This document shows, one piece after another, positions 9,175 through 18,456 of a stretch of DNA of 64,000 nt (position 1 is the stretch's first letter; the number at the start of each line of letters is the position of its first letter). The DNA lies in the NCBI GenBank assembly GCA_000092065.1, contig CP000584.1, one strand, 5' to 3'. The notes beneath the pieces were generated by a model. It saw nothing but the letters and a program-made list of their open reading frames with translations. It was not told the origin of the DNA and did not search any database. Both the position numbers and the translations under genes were made by a program. The DNA is from Ostreococcus lucimarinus. Its lineage: Eukaryota.

Positions 9175-9912
9175 TTAAATACCGACGGCTTTTAAGACGT
9201 CGGCGATCTCGGGATGCGCACCCGGGAGCGCGTCGGCCCAAGCGTATTCGACGTCGTCGCCGGCTAAAACGAACGTGCCGCCGAGACGCAACACACCCTC
9301 TGGAACGCCCTTTTGACCCTTCTTGATCGGCGCCAACTTCCCCGCGTTCCCGAGATACGCCAACCAATCCTTGAACGAAAAGTTCGTCGGCTTCAAATCC
9401 ACCTTCTCCGGCTTGGCGTCGGTAAATTTCCCGAATCCGCACGCGTCGTACAGCGCGAAATCGTCGCTATCGTCGACGAACGCGATGTCGCTCGGAATCT
9501 CCGGATTCAACTCCAAAAACGTCCTCAACTGCTCCGCCGTCCCGAGACTCACGAGCGTCACGCTCCCGCCCGCCGCCTCGATCCGTCCTCGACTGTCCGC
9601 CACGCTCCGCGCGTAGCTCCAACAAAACAGTCACGCGAGGTGACGAAGCACGACGACGACGTTCGGCGCGCCCGACGTCGCGCGTCCGAGCGGCGCGCGC
9701 GTCCCGTCGGCGCCGACGATCTCGCACGCGCGCAGCGCGGCCGCGGAGACGCTCGCGCCGTTGATGGTCGCCGTTCGCGCGCCGACGTCGTCGTCGACCG
9801 CGCACGCGATCTCGCCGCAGTCGAGCGCGCGCGGCGCGACGCGGCGCGCGGCGCGCGCGCGACGCGCGGCGACCGGCGCGGGCGCGACGGTCGGCGCGCG
9901 CGCGGCGCGCAT
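9175..9912 (-). CDS. SELU: Selenoprotein U (SelU / PRXL2-FAM213 thioredoxin-like family) with an in-frame UGA (Sec) codon at 9631-9633
   Basis: ORFs 9631..9912 and 9175..9603 are in the same minus frame, separated only by TGA (plus 9631-9633, tca) and 9 sense codons. The read-through gives ...GAPNVVVVLRHLA-U-LFCWSYARSVADSRGRIEAAGG...VLRLGGTFVLAGDD... This matches the PRXL2A redox motif (VRRPGCFLCREEA, CxxC becoming UxxC) and the downstream GGVFVVGSG region. ATG at 9910-9912 and TAA at 9175-9177. Confidence 0.75.
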
Positions 9913-9995
9913 GGCGTCGCTCGAGCGTCGCGATGTGACTCGCGCGCGGTGCGCGGTCGCGCGTCAGACGCGCGCGCGGCGCGACGGCGGCGACG

Positions 9996-10868
9996 ATGCC
10001 GGCGCGCGCGCGCGGGGCGACGCTCGCGTACGACGTCCCGAGGCTTCGCCTGGACGCCGCGACGCGCGCGGAGGTGGACGCGCTCCTGCGACGACGCGCG
10101 CCGTTGATTTTGGTGGATGACGACGCGCGCGCGCGCGTGCCGCGGTGGACGACGGAGACGCTCGCGCGCGCGGCGAGTCGCGACGCCGTCCCGCTCGAGC
10201 GCACGGGCGCGAACGAACGCGCGTGCGTCTTGACGGAGTATCTCAAGTTTGAAGACGAAGAGACGCGCGGGATGTACATGCGAAACTTGCACCTGTCGCG
10301 GTACTTTCCGAAGCTCGCCGAGGAGATTCGGTTGCCGGAGGATTTGTTCGGCGAGAACGCGCTGGCGGACGAGACGAAAACGCCGAACGCGCCCGCCGTC
10401 TGGCGGAATTGGTTCGAGCTGTTCGTGTGTCACGCGAAGCACTGCGCCGGGTTTCCTTTTTTACATCGCGATTCGTGCTGCGTGCACGCGGCGTCGTATC
10501 AAATTCTCGGTCGCAAGCGCTTCACGCTGTTCGCGCCGAGCGAAGGTCCGCGACTGTACCAATCCGGCGGCACTGGGAATCGTTCGATGATCGAAGACAT
10601 CGACGCCCCGGACGTCTTCGAGCGATATCCAGAGTTTCGACGCGCCCGCCGCTTAACGGTGGACGTCTCGGAGGGGGAAATATTAGTCGTGCCGTCGATG
10701 TGGTGGCACACCGCTTCGCCGCTCCCGTGCGAAGCCTCGGACGACGTCTGCGTCAGCGTCGCCGCGTCCTTCGTCGATGATTCCGTGTACGAAAACTTCT
10801 TAGACGCGCACGCGGAGTTTCAGGCGATGCAAAGCCTCGTCGCCGCCGGCGCGGCGAAGATGTTGTAG
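9996..10868 (+). CDS. JmjC/cupin-fold Fe(II)/2-oxoglutarate oxygenase (JMJD/FIH-like)
   Basis: The 290-aa ORF contains WFELFVCHAKHCAGFPFLHRDSCCVHAASYQILGRKRFTLFAP...GEILVVPSMWWH, a typical JmjC double-stranded beta-helix core with an HxD...H metal triad. Confidence 0.65.
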   Translation: MPARARGATLAYDVPRLRLDAATRAEVDALLRRRAPLILVDDDARARVPRWTTETLARAASRDAVPLERTGANERACVLTEYLKFEDEETRGMYMRNLHLSRYFPKLAEEIRLPEDLFGENALADETKTPNAPAVWRNWFELFVCHAKHCAGFPFLHRDSCCVHAASYQILGRKRFTLFAPSEGPRLYQSGGTGNRSMIEDIDAPDVFERYPEFRRARRLTVDVSEGEILVVPSMWWHTASPLPCEASDDVCVSVAASFVDDSVYENFLDAHAEFQAMQSLVAAGAAKML

Positions 10869-10906
10869 TCGTAACGTACGAAAAGTTCTCAGACTGCGAC
10901 GCCGCG

Positions 10907-12946
10907 ATGCGAAGCGCGTCCGGCGCCGCCGCCTCGACGGCGTCGTCACCGCGCGCGCGCGATCCTCGCGCGCGCCGCGCCGCGCCGCGCGTCGCCGTCA
11001 CCGCGCGCGCGGTGACGCGAGCGGACGCACCGCGCGCGCCGTCGCCCGCGCCCGAGAACGCGGACCAGAACACGCTGCTCGCGACCGCCGCGGTCGTCGG
11101 CGTCGCGAGCGGACTCGCGGTGTCCGCGTTCGCGGCGACGGAGAAGGCGATCAACGTGGTGGCGAGCGCGAGCTGCGCGAGCGTCGGGTGCGACGGCGCG
11201 GCGGCGTTCGGCGCGCTGGATCCGGGAGGAGAACTGGGGAACGCGCTGGGCACGGTCGCGGTGCCAGCGCTCGGAGGATTGTGCGTGAGTGCGCTTCGAG
11301 CGCTCGCGGGGGGGTTCGCGGGAGAACCGGAGCGAGGATGGATGTTTGGGAAGGCGAGCGCGAACGCGGGGAGCGCGAGCACGGACGATTACGCGGGGAT
11401 CGATTTGAATGAGTTCGATGAGAACGAGGACGTCAGGGTCGGCGTTAAGGTGCTCGCGAAGACCGCGGCGGCGGCGATCACACTCGGGACGGGATGTTCG
11501 CTCGGGCCAGAAGGGCCAAGCGTGGAGATTGGCGCGGCGGTGGCGGATCGAGTGGGCGCGGCGTTTCCATCCGTGGCGCCGAATAGATTGGGATTATTAG
11601 CCGCGGGGGCCGCCGCGGGGTTTAGCGCGGGTTTCGGCGCGCCGATTTCCGGGTTGTTCTTCGGGTTTGAGTCAATTCTCGTGCCCGGGTCGAAAGCTGG
11701 TGGTGATGGCGACACCAAAGCTGGCGCGGTGACGACGGAGATGGTCATCTTGGCGAGTGTCTTGGCGACAGTGGCGAGTAAAGCCGTCCTCGGCGCGCTG
11801 CCTTCCGTGGACGTGCCGCCGTTTGAAATTTCGGACTTTGTCGAGCTTCCTTTGTACCTGCCGCTCGGGTTCGCGTGTGGAGTCACCGCCGCTGCTCTGA
11901 GAAAGATGAATGTCGTTTTTGACGATTTCGCGGAGAATTTCGTCGCCGTAGAACGCGAAAAAGGCGGGTTGGGCATTTCTAGAATATGGCACGCCCCGAT
12001 AGGGGGATTTCTGCTCGGCTGCCTGGCGTTGAAGTTTCCTCAGGTGACGTACCAAGGTTTCGATAACGTCAACGCGCTGCTTGTGCAAAACGATGCCGGC
12101 GCTGGTTGGGCCGCGGCGACGTATACTCCATTGGTTCTCGGCGAGTTCGTGCTCGCGAAACTGCTCGCGACGGCGATTTGTCGAGGTTCAGGGTTGGTCG
12201 GTGGCGTATATGCACCTTCTCTATTTTTAGGCGCCGCTTTGGGTACGGCTTTCGGTGGCGCACTGGAATCGACGTATTTCCCACCTATGTTTGTCGCGCC
12301 GCCGCAAGCATACGCGCTCGTCGCCATGGCCGGCGTTCTCGGGGGCGTTTGTCGCGTCCCTCTCACAGCCATATTGCTTTTGTTCGAGCTCACAGGTGAT
12401 TATAGAATAATTTTGCCGCTGATGGGTACCGTCACGGTCGCAACCTCCATCGTGAATTCAGTGGAGACGAGCGCGGTGCCTTTCAGCACGAGCGACATCG
12501 AGACGCGCGGCGTGGCGGCTCTCGCTAGCTCGCTCGTGGCCCGTCCGCGTGATCTCATGAGGAGCGATATCGTCATCATCGATGAGGAGACTACGATTGA
12601 AGCGGCTTCGATGACTCTTTTGAGGGTATCTGATTCCGAAAATCCGCCGCCGTGCGCGTTCGTCGTCGCCGACGGCGTGTTCGTCGGCGTCGTCACTCCG
12701 AGTAGCATCGCGGATGCCATTGTGCAGCGCGGATTTGATACGCGTGCGCGCGTCGCTGAAGCATTGATCGACGTGAAGGTCATAGAGCCCGACGTCAAGT
12801 TACGAGACGTCGACTTCGCCGATGACGGCGCATTCGCCGTCGTTGTCGACTCGTCCAATCAGCCCTTGGGCGTGGTCGAGACTAGCGCGGCGTTGAAGCA
12901 AATGAGTCGCGAGCGTCTTCGTTCTGCCTTGTCTGGCGAATTGTAA
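10907..12946 (+). CDS. ClC-type chloride channel/transporter with C-terminal CBS domains
   Basis: The 679-aa ORF carries the ClC signature motifs GSGLVGGVYAPSLFLGAALG, GPEGP and GFGAPISGLFFGFE. It has many TM helices and a C-terminal CBS pair. Confidence 0.85.
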   Translation: MRSASGAAASTASSPRARDPRARRAAPRVAVTARAVTRADAPRAPSPAPENADQNTLLATAAVVGVASGLAVSAFAATEKAINVVASASCASVGCDGAAAFGALDPGGELGNALGTVAVPALGGLCVSALRALAGGFAGEPERGWMFGKASANAGSASTDDYAGIDLNEFDENEDVRVGVKVLAKTAAAAITLGTGCSLGPEGPSVEIGAAVADRVGAAFPSVAPNRLGLLAAGAAAGFSAGFGAPISGLFFGFESILVPGSKAGGDGDTKAGAVTTEMVILASVLATVASKAVLGALPSVDVPPFEISDFVELPLYLPLGFACGVTAAALRKMNVVFDDFAENFVAVEREKGGLGISRIWHAPIGGFLLGCLALKFPQVTYQGFDNVNALLVQNDAGAGWAAATYTPLVLGEFVLAKLLATAICRGSGLVGGVYAPSLFLGAALGTAFGGALESTYFPPMFVAPPQAYALVAMAGVLGGVCRVPLTAILLLFELTGDYRIILPLMGTVTVATSIVNSVETSAVPFSTSDIETRGVAALASSLVARPRDLMRSDIVIIDEETTIEAASMTLLRVSDSENPPPCAFVVADGVFVGVVTPSSIADAIVQRGFDTRARVAEALIDVKVIEPDVKLRDVDFADDGAFAVVVDSSNQPLGVVETSAALKQMSRERLRSALSGEL

Positions 12947-12957
12947 TTACATTATTT

Positions 12958-15642
12958 CTAGTCAACTCGCGAAATTGTCGCCATTTCGTTCATTACCTGG
13001 CCGTTCTCGACCCATGATAACTTCAGACGGAGCGCTATCGGCTTGCCTTCGTGTCCCGCCGCCGCCGAGACGAGCATGTTTTGCGTCACCGGCGCGCTCG
13101 ATGATATCGTCGACCCACTCGCCGCTTGCATGCTAAGAGTCATGGTTTTAGGAACCGCTGCGTGTAGAGAAAAGTTTTCGATATCAGCTGGACCCGCGTT
13201 AACGTAGCGAGCGCTCACGAGCGTCTTGCTTTGGTCGAGCTGATTCGGCTTTGACGCCGACAAGAAGATTGACAAAGAACCTTTCGCGTACGCCGGTTGC
13301 GGTGCTGTCGGAGGCGTGGGGGCCGTAGGCGCACCCAGCGCATCGATCAAGGATCCGGTAGAGGACGAAGAAACCACCGGGACATCGTCTGACATTAGAT
13401 CCATCAAGCCCGCGACGGCAGCCGGATGTGCCGCGTCCATGTTAGCAAACGGATCCGTCGTGGGCACTGGCGAAGACGACGACATCAGATCGCCGAGAAC
13501 ATCAACACGTGCCGAAGTAATAGTATGTGACACCGATGCCGAGCTCATATCGGTGCTACCGAAAAGATCAGCCAACGCGTCCGGCGCCGACGCCTTCGGT
13601 GGCGCGCTCGCCGGTATCGCTACGTCGGCTAGCATGTCACCGAGTAAATCCATCGCCTGACTTTGTTTCGCAGGCGTCACCGGCGCCGACGTCGGCGCAT
13701 CTGCCGAACTAGGGCTGAGTAAATCGTTCAACAAGTCGGCGCCGCTAGTTTGCGCCTGCGACGAGTCACCTTCATCGAAATTCAACAAGTCGCCAAAGCT
13801 TCTCGCCGGTCGAGCCGCGTCCGCAGCCTTTTTCTGAGCTAGAGTTTCCATGGTATCCGCAGCGACGAATTTCGGTGCCTCGGGAGGTGGCATGTGCTCG
13901 AAGAGCATATCCCGGAGATCTGGCATCTTTTCAAACATCGATTTGTACTCGTGCGCGCGCTTTTGCGTTTCGAGCTCGAGTGTTGTCTCATACTTGGCCA
14001 AGACGGGTATGATGACGGCTTGTTCGCTCGGTTCGCGCACCGCAATCTTGGCAAGCGCCGTCATGACTAACGGTCTCAACATCAGGTACTTTTCCTCGCT
14101 CAGAATCGCGATCATAAGCTTCGTGACATCGTTATGCTTCACCTTGGTCAATACTTCGTCCTCGACGGACGGCGCGTGCACCATCGCGTCTGAGTATTCC
14201 CCGCACACCCACACCGCGACTGCGCACAAACGCACGGGAGCATAATCGTCGCACGCCGCGCGATACAATGAACGCGCAGCGTAGCCGTGAAGCTGAGGCG
14301 TCCGCGCGACGAGCCCCATGAAATCGTTGCACTCGAGCTCGTCAATGTACTGCCCAGCGCGAATGAGGAGGGCGATGAACGTGTCAATGTACCACTGCTT
14401 ACTCGGCGAAAACTTCAATGCCAAGGAGGATATTTTCTTTGCCAACTCACACTTGAACTCCTCATCGCACACCTCCAAGTACTCGAGCAACTCATGTGAC
14501 AGCGTGGTGACGTTCTTGGCGTTCACCAAGCCGTACACTAATTGCAGCGCGCTTCGCCGAATGGTGATGTCCGCGTCTTTCACGCAATTCACGATGATAG
14601 CGCGGTGACGTTGGATGGCTTGCATGTCCACCTCGACAACTTTCGCGAGCGTATTCAGCGCGACGTAACGTATGTTGTTATCCTTGTTCTGTAAAAACCT
14701 GCCCAGAATGTTCACCGCCAGCACGCGCAAACCACCCACGGCCTCGATGGCGATGATGGTCTCGACAGCCTCGTACAGAATAGCGTTCCCGGCATTCTTC
14801 GCGCCATCCGTGTTCGACGCGATCTGCGCCAATATGTCGCTCATCGCATCGCTCGCGTCCGCGTCGCCTCGACCGAGCACGCGAAGCAATCGTAAAATCG
14901 CCACTTGCAAAAACGGATCCGCGTGACCGGCGATGTCGTGCTCAACACTCTTCCCCGCGTAAATCAACGACTTCAAAACCTTGCACAACTGCGGCACCTG
15001 CGCTCGCATTCTCTGCCGCACGTCGTCATCGTCTTCACACATCTCCGTCGCCAGCGTACACGCCGCCAGCAGCACCCCGTGATGCCTATCGCTCAACAAC
15101 TTTTCCGCCGCCGGCACGAACCCCTCCGTCAACTCTGGCACTTTTTTAATCACCCTCGTCGCCGTCAGCGCCGCCTTCTTCCTCACGTACGAATTCCCGT
15201 GTCCCATCAACTGCTCAACCTCCCCCGCCACGTCCCTCGCCATCTCCGCGCTGCATATGCTCCCCAACATGCACAACCCGAGTCCCACCACGTAGTGATT
15301 CTTATGACTCAAGTCGTTCTTCACGCTATTCGTCACCAGCATCGTCACCTCCTGGTCCTCGTCCAGCAGCAGCATCAGCCCCAGGTACCCGATCCGTTTC
15401 TCCGGGAACCCGTTCCTCGCCGTCAATCGCACGCACTCCATCTGCCCGAAGTGCGTCGCGTGTCCGAGCATGTGCACGAACATCAGCTTCGCGACGTTTC
15501 TCGGGACGAATCGCGCCTCGTCGGGGTTCCTGAACGACTCCCGAATCGCGCTCGACTCGCGCGCGATCACCGCGCGCTCCTCCGCCGCGGTCTTGCACTC
15601 GCGCACCTTGCGGATGAGGTCCCGCAGGCGCAGCGTCGACAT
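12958..15642 (-). CDS. AP1G: AP-1 adaptor complex gamma-adaptin large subunit
   Basis: The 894-aa N-terminus MSTLRLRDLIRKVRECKTAAEERAVIARESSAIRESF...NVAKLMFVHMLGHATHFGQMECVRL...FPEKRIGYLGLMLLLDE is near-colinear with gamma-adaptin. A C-terminal gamma-ear domain is present. Confidence 0.9.
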   Translation of the reverse strand: MSTLRLRDLIRKVRECKTAAEERAVIARESSAIRESFRNPDEARFVPRNVAKLMFVHMLGHATHFGQMECVRLTARNGFPEKRIGYLGLMLLLDEDQEVTMLVTNSVKNDLSHKNHYVVGLGLCMLGSICSAEMARDVAGEVEQLMGHGNSYVRKKAALTATRVIKKVPELTEGFVPAAEKLLSDRHHGVLLAACTLATEMCEDDDDVRQRMRAQVPQLCKVLKSLIYAGKSVEHDIAGHADPFLQVAILRLLRVLGRGDADASDAMSDILAQIASNTDGAKNAGNAILYEAVETIIAIEAVGGLRVLAVNILGRFLQNKDNNIRYVALNTLAKVVEVDMQAIQRHRAIIVNCVKDADITIRRSALQLVYGLVNAKNVTTLSHELLEYLEVCDEEFKCELAKKISSLALKFSPSKQWYIDTFIALLIRAGQYIDELECNDFMGLVARTPQLHGYAARSLYRAACDDYAPVRLCAVAVWVCGEYSDAMVHAPSVEDEVLTKVKHNDVTKLMIAILSEEKYLMLRPLVMTALAKIAVREPSEQAVIIPVLAKYETTLELETQKRAHEYKSMFEKMPDLRDMLFEHMPPPEAPKFVAADTMETLAQKKAADAARPARSFGDLLNFDEGDSSQAQTSGADLLNDLLSPSSADAPTSAPVTPAKQSQAMDLLGDMLADVAIPASAPPKASAPDALADLFGSTDMSSASVSHTITSARVDVLGDLMSSSSPVPTTDPFANMDAAHPAAVAGLMDLMSDDVPVVSSSSTGSLIDALGAPTAPTPPTAPQPAYAKGSLSIFLSASKPNQLDQSKTLVSARYVNAGPADIENFSLHAAVPKTMTLSMQAASGSTISSSAPVTQNMLVSAAAGHEGKPIALRLKLSWVENGQVMNEMATISRVD

Positions 15643-15707
15643 GATTCGCGCGCCGAGCGGACCCGGGCGTCACACTCTGCCGCGCCGCGTCGCGATTCGC
15701 GCGAGCG

Positions 15708-16967
15708 ATGCGCGCGCACGGCGTCGTGCTCGCGCTCGAGCGCGACGCGCCGTTCGGAGACGCGCTCCTGCGCGACGGCGACGCGTCGAGATACGACCTG
15801 GAGTGCGGCATGGCGCCGCTCGCGCACCACGCGCTGCGCGCGATCGCGTCGATGCGGCGACATCGCTGCGAGAAAATCACCGTCGTGTGCGCGGGAGACG
15901 CGCACGCGAGCGTCGCGCGCGAGCGAATCGAGCGATGGCGGGGAGAACCGTCGAGCGCGCTGCGAGAGGCGCCGACGATCGACGTGGTGGCGGCGGACGA
16001 GGGGACGGACACGGCGCGCGCGCTGGCGGCGTGCGAACGGTTCGCGGACGAGACGACGACGACGCTGCTGGTCGTGCAGGGAGACGTCGTGACGGATGTC
16101 GCGCTGGATGATGTGCTGAGCACACATTTGGTGAACGCGGCGACGGCGACGTGCGCGCTGGCGAAGAAACGGGCGTGGGCGGAGGTTGAGACGAAGGCGG
16201 GGCGAGCGCCGAAGGGGATGCGATACGTCGGGTTGAACGCGGATGAGACGCGCGTGGTTTTTCTCGCGGGAGGCGAACACGACGAGGCGAAGAAACGGTT
16301 GAAGTTGCAGCGGTCGGCGCTGAACGCGACGGCGGAGATGGTGATCAGGACGGATGTGATCGACGTGGGGATTTACGCTTTGGAGGCGCGAGAGACGTTC
16401 GCGGCGCTGCGAGAGAAGACGCATTTGAAGAGCTTACGGTTCGACTTGGTGCCGCACTTCGCCGCCGAGCAGTTTCGCGGCACCACCGCGGGCGGGGTGG
16501 CGGCGTACATGGTGAAGCCGGACAAGTATTGCGTCGCCGTGGATACGGCGAAGCCGGCGCTTCTCGAGGCGTCGCGAGAAATCGCCGCCGAGTTCCATCA
16601 CTTGCTCGAACGACCTCTGAGCAAGTACGACAACGTCGTCGACCCATCAACGGTGATCGGGGCCAAGAGTACGATCGGACCGGGATGTGCGGTGGCTGGT
16701 CAGTGCACGTTCAAGGACAAATGTTCGGTGAAGAAATCCGTCGTCGCCGCGGATTGCGTGTTTGGGTCGGGCGTTAAAATTTCCAACTCTCTCATTCTTA
16801 GAGGCGCCGTCGTGCACGATGGCGCACAGATTCAAGGCTGTATCGTCGGTCCCGGCGCCGTCATCGGCGCGCGTGTCACGGCAAAGGATAGCATCATCGG
16901 CGCCGCGTACGAAGTCGAAGAAGACGCCGACTTGGACGCCGAGACCGTGGTGGTCCAGAACAAGTAG
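15708..16967 (+). CDS. EIF2B3: Translation initiation factor eIF2B gamma subunit (nucleotidyltransferase plus left-handed beta-helix)
   Basis: LLVVQGDVVTDVALDDVLSTHLVN aligns with human eIF2B-gamma [24 protein letters not shown]. The C-terminal hexapeptide repeats IGPGCAVAGQCTFKDKCSVKKSVVAADCVFGSGVKISNSLILRGAVVHDGAQIQGCIVG match the eIF2B-gamma tail. Confidence 0.75.
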   Translation: MRAHGVVLALERDAPFGDALLRDGDASRYDLECGMAPLAHHALRAIASMRRHRCEKITVVCAGDAHASVARERIERWRGEPSSALREAPTIDVVAADEGTDTARALAACERFADETTTTLLVVQGDVVTDVALDDVLSTHLVNAATATCALAKKRAWAEVETKAGRAPKGMRYVGLNADETRVVFLAGGEHDEAKKRLKLQRSALNATAEMVIRTDVIDVGIYALEARETFAALREKTHLKSLRFDLVPHFAAEQFRGTTAGGVAAYMVKPDKYCVAVDTAKPALLEASREIAAEFHHLLERPLSKYDNVVDPSTVIGAKSTIGPGCAVAGQCTFKDKCSVKKSVVAADCVFGSGVKISNSLILRGAVVHDGAQIQGCIVGPGAVIGARVTAKDSIIGAAYEVEEDADLDAETVVVQNK

Positions 16968-17094
16968 CTAGCGTGCAATTAATATGGTACAACACGATTA
17001 TTTCAAGACGCGACGCAATTCGTCGATTTTAAACCCTCGACTCCGCCGACGCGCGCCGTGTGACTAGGCTAAAGACTACGCTACGCTAAAACTC

Positions 17095-17592
17095 TCAAGC
17101 CGCGAGCGCCGACAACGTCGGCGACACCGCGACGATTTCGCACGCGCACGCCCGCTCCTGCGACTCGTCCATGTACCCCGTCAAACTCAACGCGCTCCAC
17201 AACTTCCTACGATTCTCGTGCGCCACCTTCACCACGAACGTCCCCGCGAACGCCTCCCCCGCGCCCGCGCGCTCGCCGCCGACGAATTCCACCTCGAACC
17301 CGCCGTCGATCGCCCCGTGCGCCCGTCGCACCGCCGCGCGCACCATCGACTCCAAGCCCGCGCGCGACCACTTCCACGTCGCGTCTCGCGTGATCCTGCG
17401 CGTCGTTCGCGCGCGCGTCGTCGTCGTCAGTCTTCCAGTCTTCGTCCTCCCGCGCGCCTCGCGAGCGCCGACGCGTCCGTTCGCCGTCGCGCGCGCGCCT
17501 CGCCTCGCCTCGCCGACGCACAGTCGTATCCTCACGTACGCCCACCGCGCGCGCGGGAGCTCGAACGTGCGCTGCGCGACGTCGCTATCCAT
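17095..17592 (-). CDS. Hypothetical protein (conserved-looking C-terminal region only)
   Basis: Only the 3' third of ORF 17095..18228 looks protein-like (MDSDVAQRTFELPRARWAYVRIRL...GGFEVEFVGGERAGAGEAFAGTFVVKVAHENRRKLWSALSLTGYMDES). The remainder is R/A-rich read-through overlapping the + gene. Confidence 0.3.
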   Translation of the reverse strand: MDSDVAQRTFELPRARWAYVRIRLCVGEARRGARATANGRVGAREARGRTKTGRLTTTTRARTTRRITRDATWKWSRAGLESMVRAAVRRAHGAIDGGFEVEFVGGERAGAGEAFAGTFVVKVAHENRRKLWSALSLTGYMDESQERACACEIVAVSPTLSALAA

Positions 17593-17620
17593 CGCGCGCG
17601 CTCGCGTGACGCCGCACTCC

Positions 17621-18433
17621 ATGCCGACGCCCGCGCTCGCGCGCCTCGCGCTCGCGCGCCCGCGCGCGGACGTCCGCGCGGCGCGCGCGCGCGCGCGCGC
17701 CAACGTCAACGCCGACCTCGCGGACGTCGAGCGCGACGCGCGGAACGCCGGGCGCGCGCTCGTGCGCGTCTCGCGCGCGTTCGCCGTCGACCTCGGCGAC
17801 GCCGCGCGCGACGGCGCGCGCACCGCGCGCGAGTACGTCGCGCTGCCGGCGACGGAGTACAATCTCATCGACCCGGAGAACGTGTCGCGCGCGAGCGACG
17901 ACGCGAACGGGTTCGTCGTGAGCGCGGGGAGGCAAAAGCTGCTGTTTCTGGACGTCGAGCCGCGCGGGACGGTGCGCGTCGACGCGAGCGAGGAGGGATG
18001 CGTGCAGTCGCTCGTGGACGCGGTGATCGTGAATCGTAACCCGGACGACGCGAAGGCGACGAAAATAATCGACGCGATCAACGCGAGCCTGAAGGACCTG
18101 CGGTTGAGGAACGAGGTGACGGCGACGCGCTGCGAGGACACGGGGCGGGCGAGCATACGATGCCAAATCGACGTGTGGGGGGACTTTCGAGAGGGCGTGT
18201 TCGCGCGCGCGGGAACGCGGTTGAACACGATCTTAGGATGGAGCTTGGGGGCGGTGATGCCGTGGTTTTTGACGCAGCTCGCGGCGGATTACGCGAGATG
18301 GGCGCGCGACGAGCCGCGGACGACGGCGGAGAACGCGTCCCTGGCGAGCGTGGCGGGGAAAATCATCGCGGGGAGTCGAGGGAAGCTTCCCGAGGGCGTG
18401 CGCGAGTGCGAGTGCGTTGAAATAGTGCGATAA
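17621..18433 (+). CDS. Hypothetical protein (possible organellar protein; unknown domain)
   Basis: Protein-like region EYVALPATEYNLIDPENVSR...LLFLDVEPRGTVRVDASEEGCVQSLVDAVIVNRNPDDAKATKIIDAINASLKDLRLRNEVTATRCEDTGRASIRCQIDVWGDFREGVFARAGTRLNTILGWSLGAVMPWFLTQLAADYARW. The upstream part of ORF 17171.. is low-complexity. Start trimmed to MPTPALARLALARP. Confidence 0.4.
   Translation: MPTPALARLALARPRADVRAARARARANVNADLADVERDARNAGRALVRVSRAFAVDLGDAARDGARTAREYVALPATEYNLIDPENVSRASDDANGFVVSAGRQKLLFLDVEPRGTVRVDASEEGCVQSLVDAVIVNRNPDDAKATKIIDAINASLKDLRLRNEVTATRCEDTGRASIRCQIDVWGDFREGVFARAGTRLNTILGWSLGAVMPWFLTQLAADYARWARDEPRTTAENASLASVAGKIIAGSRGKLPEGVRECECVEIVR
17685..17715. repeat. (CG)n alternating microsatellite
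   Basis: gcgcgcgcgcgcgcgcgcgcgcc lies within or near the head-to-head 5' ends around 17592/17621. Confidence 0.7.
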
Positions 18434-18456
18434 ATATTGATTGATTTACATATTAC

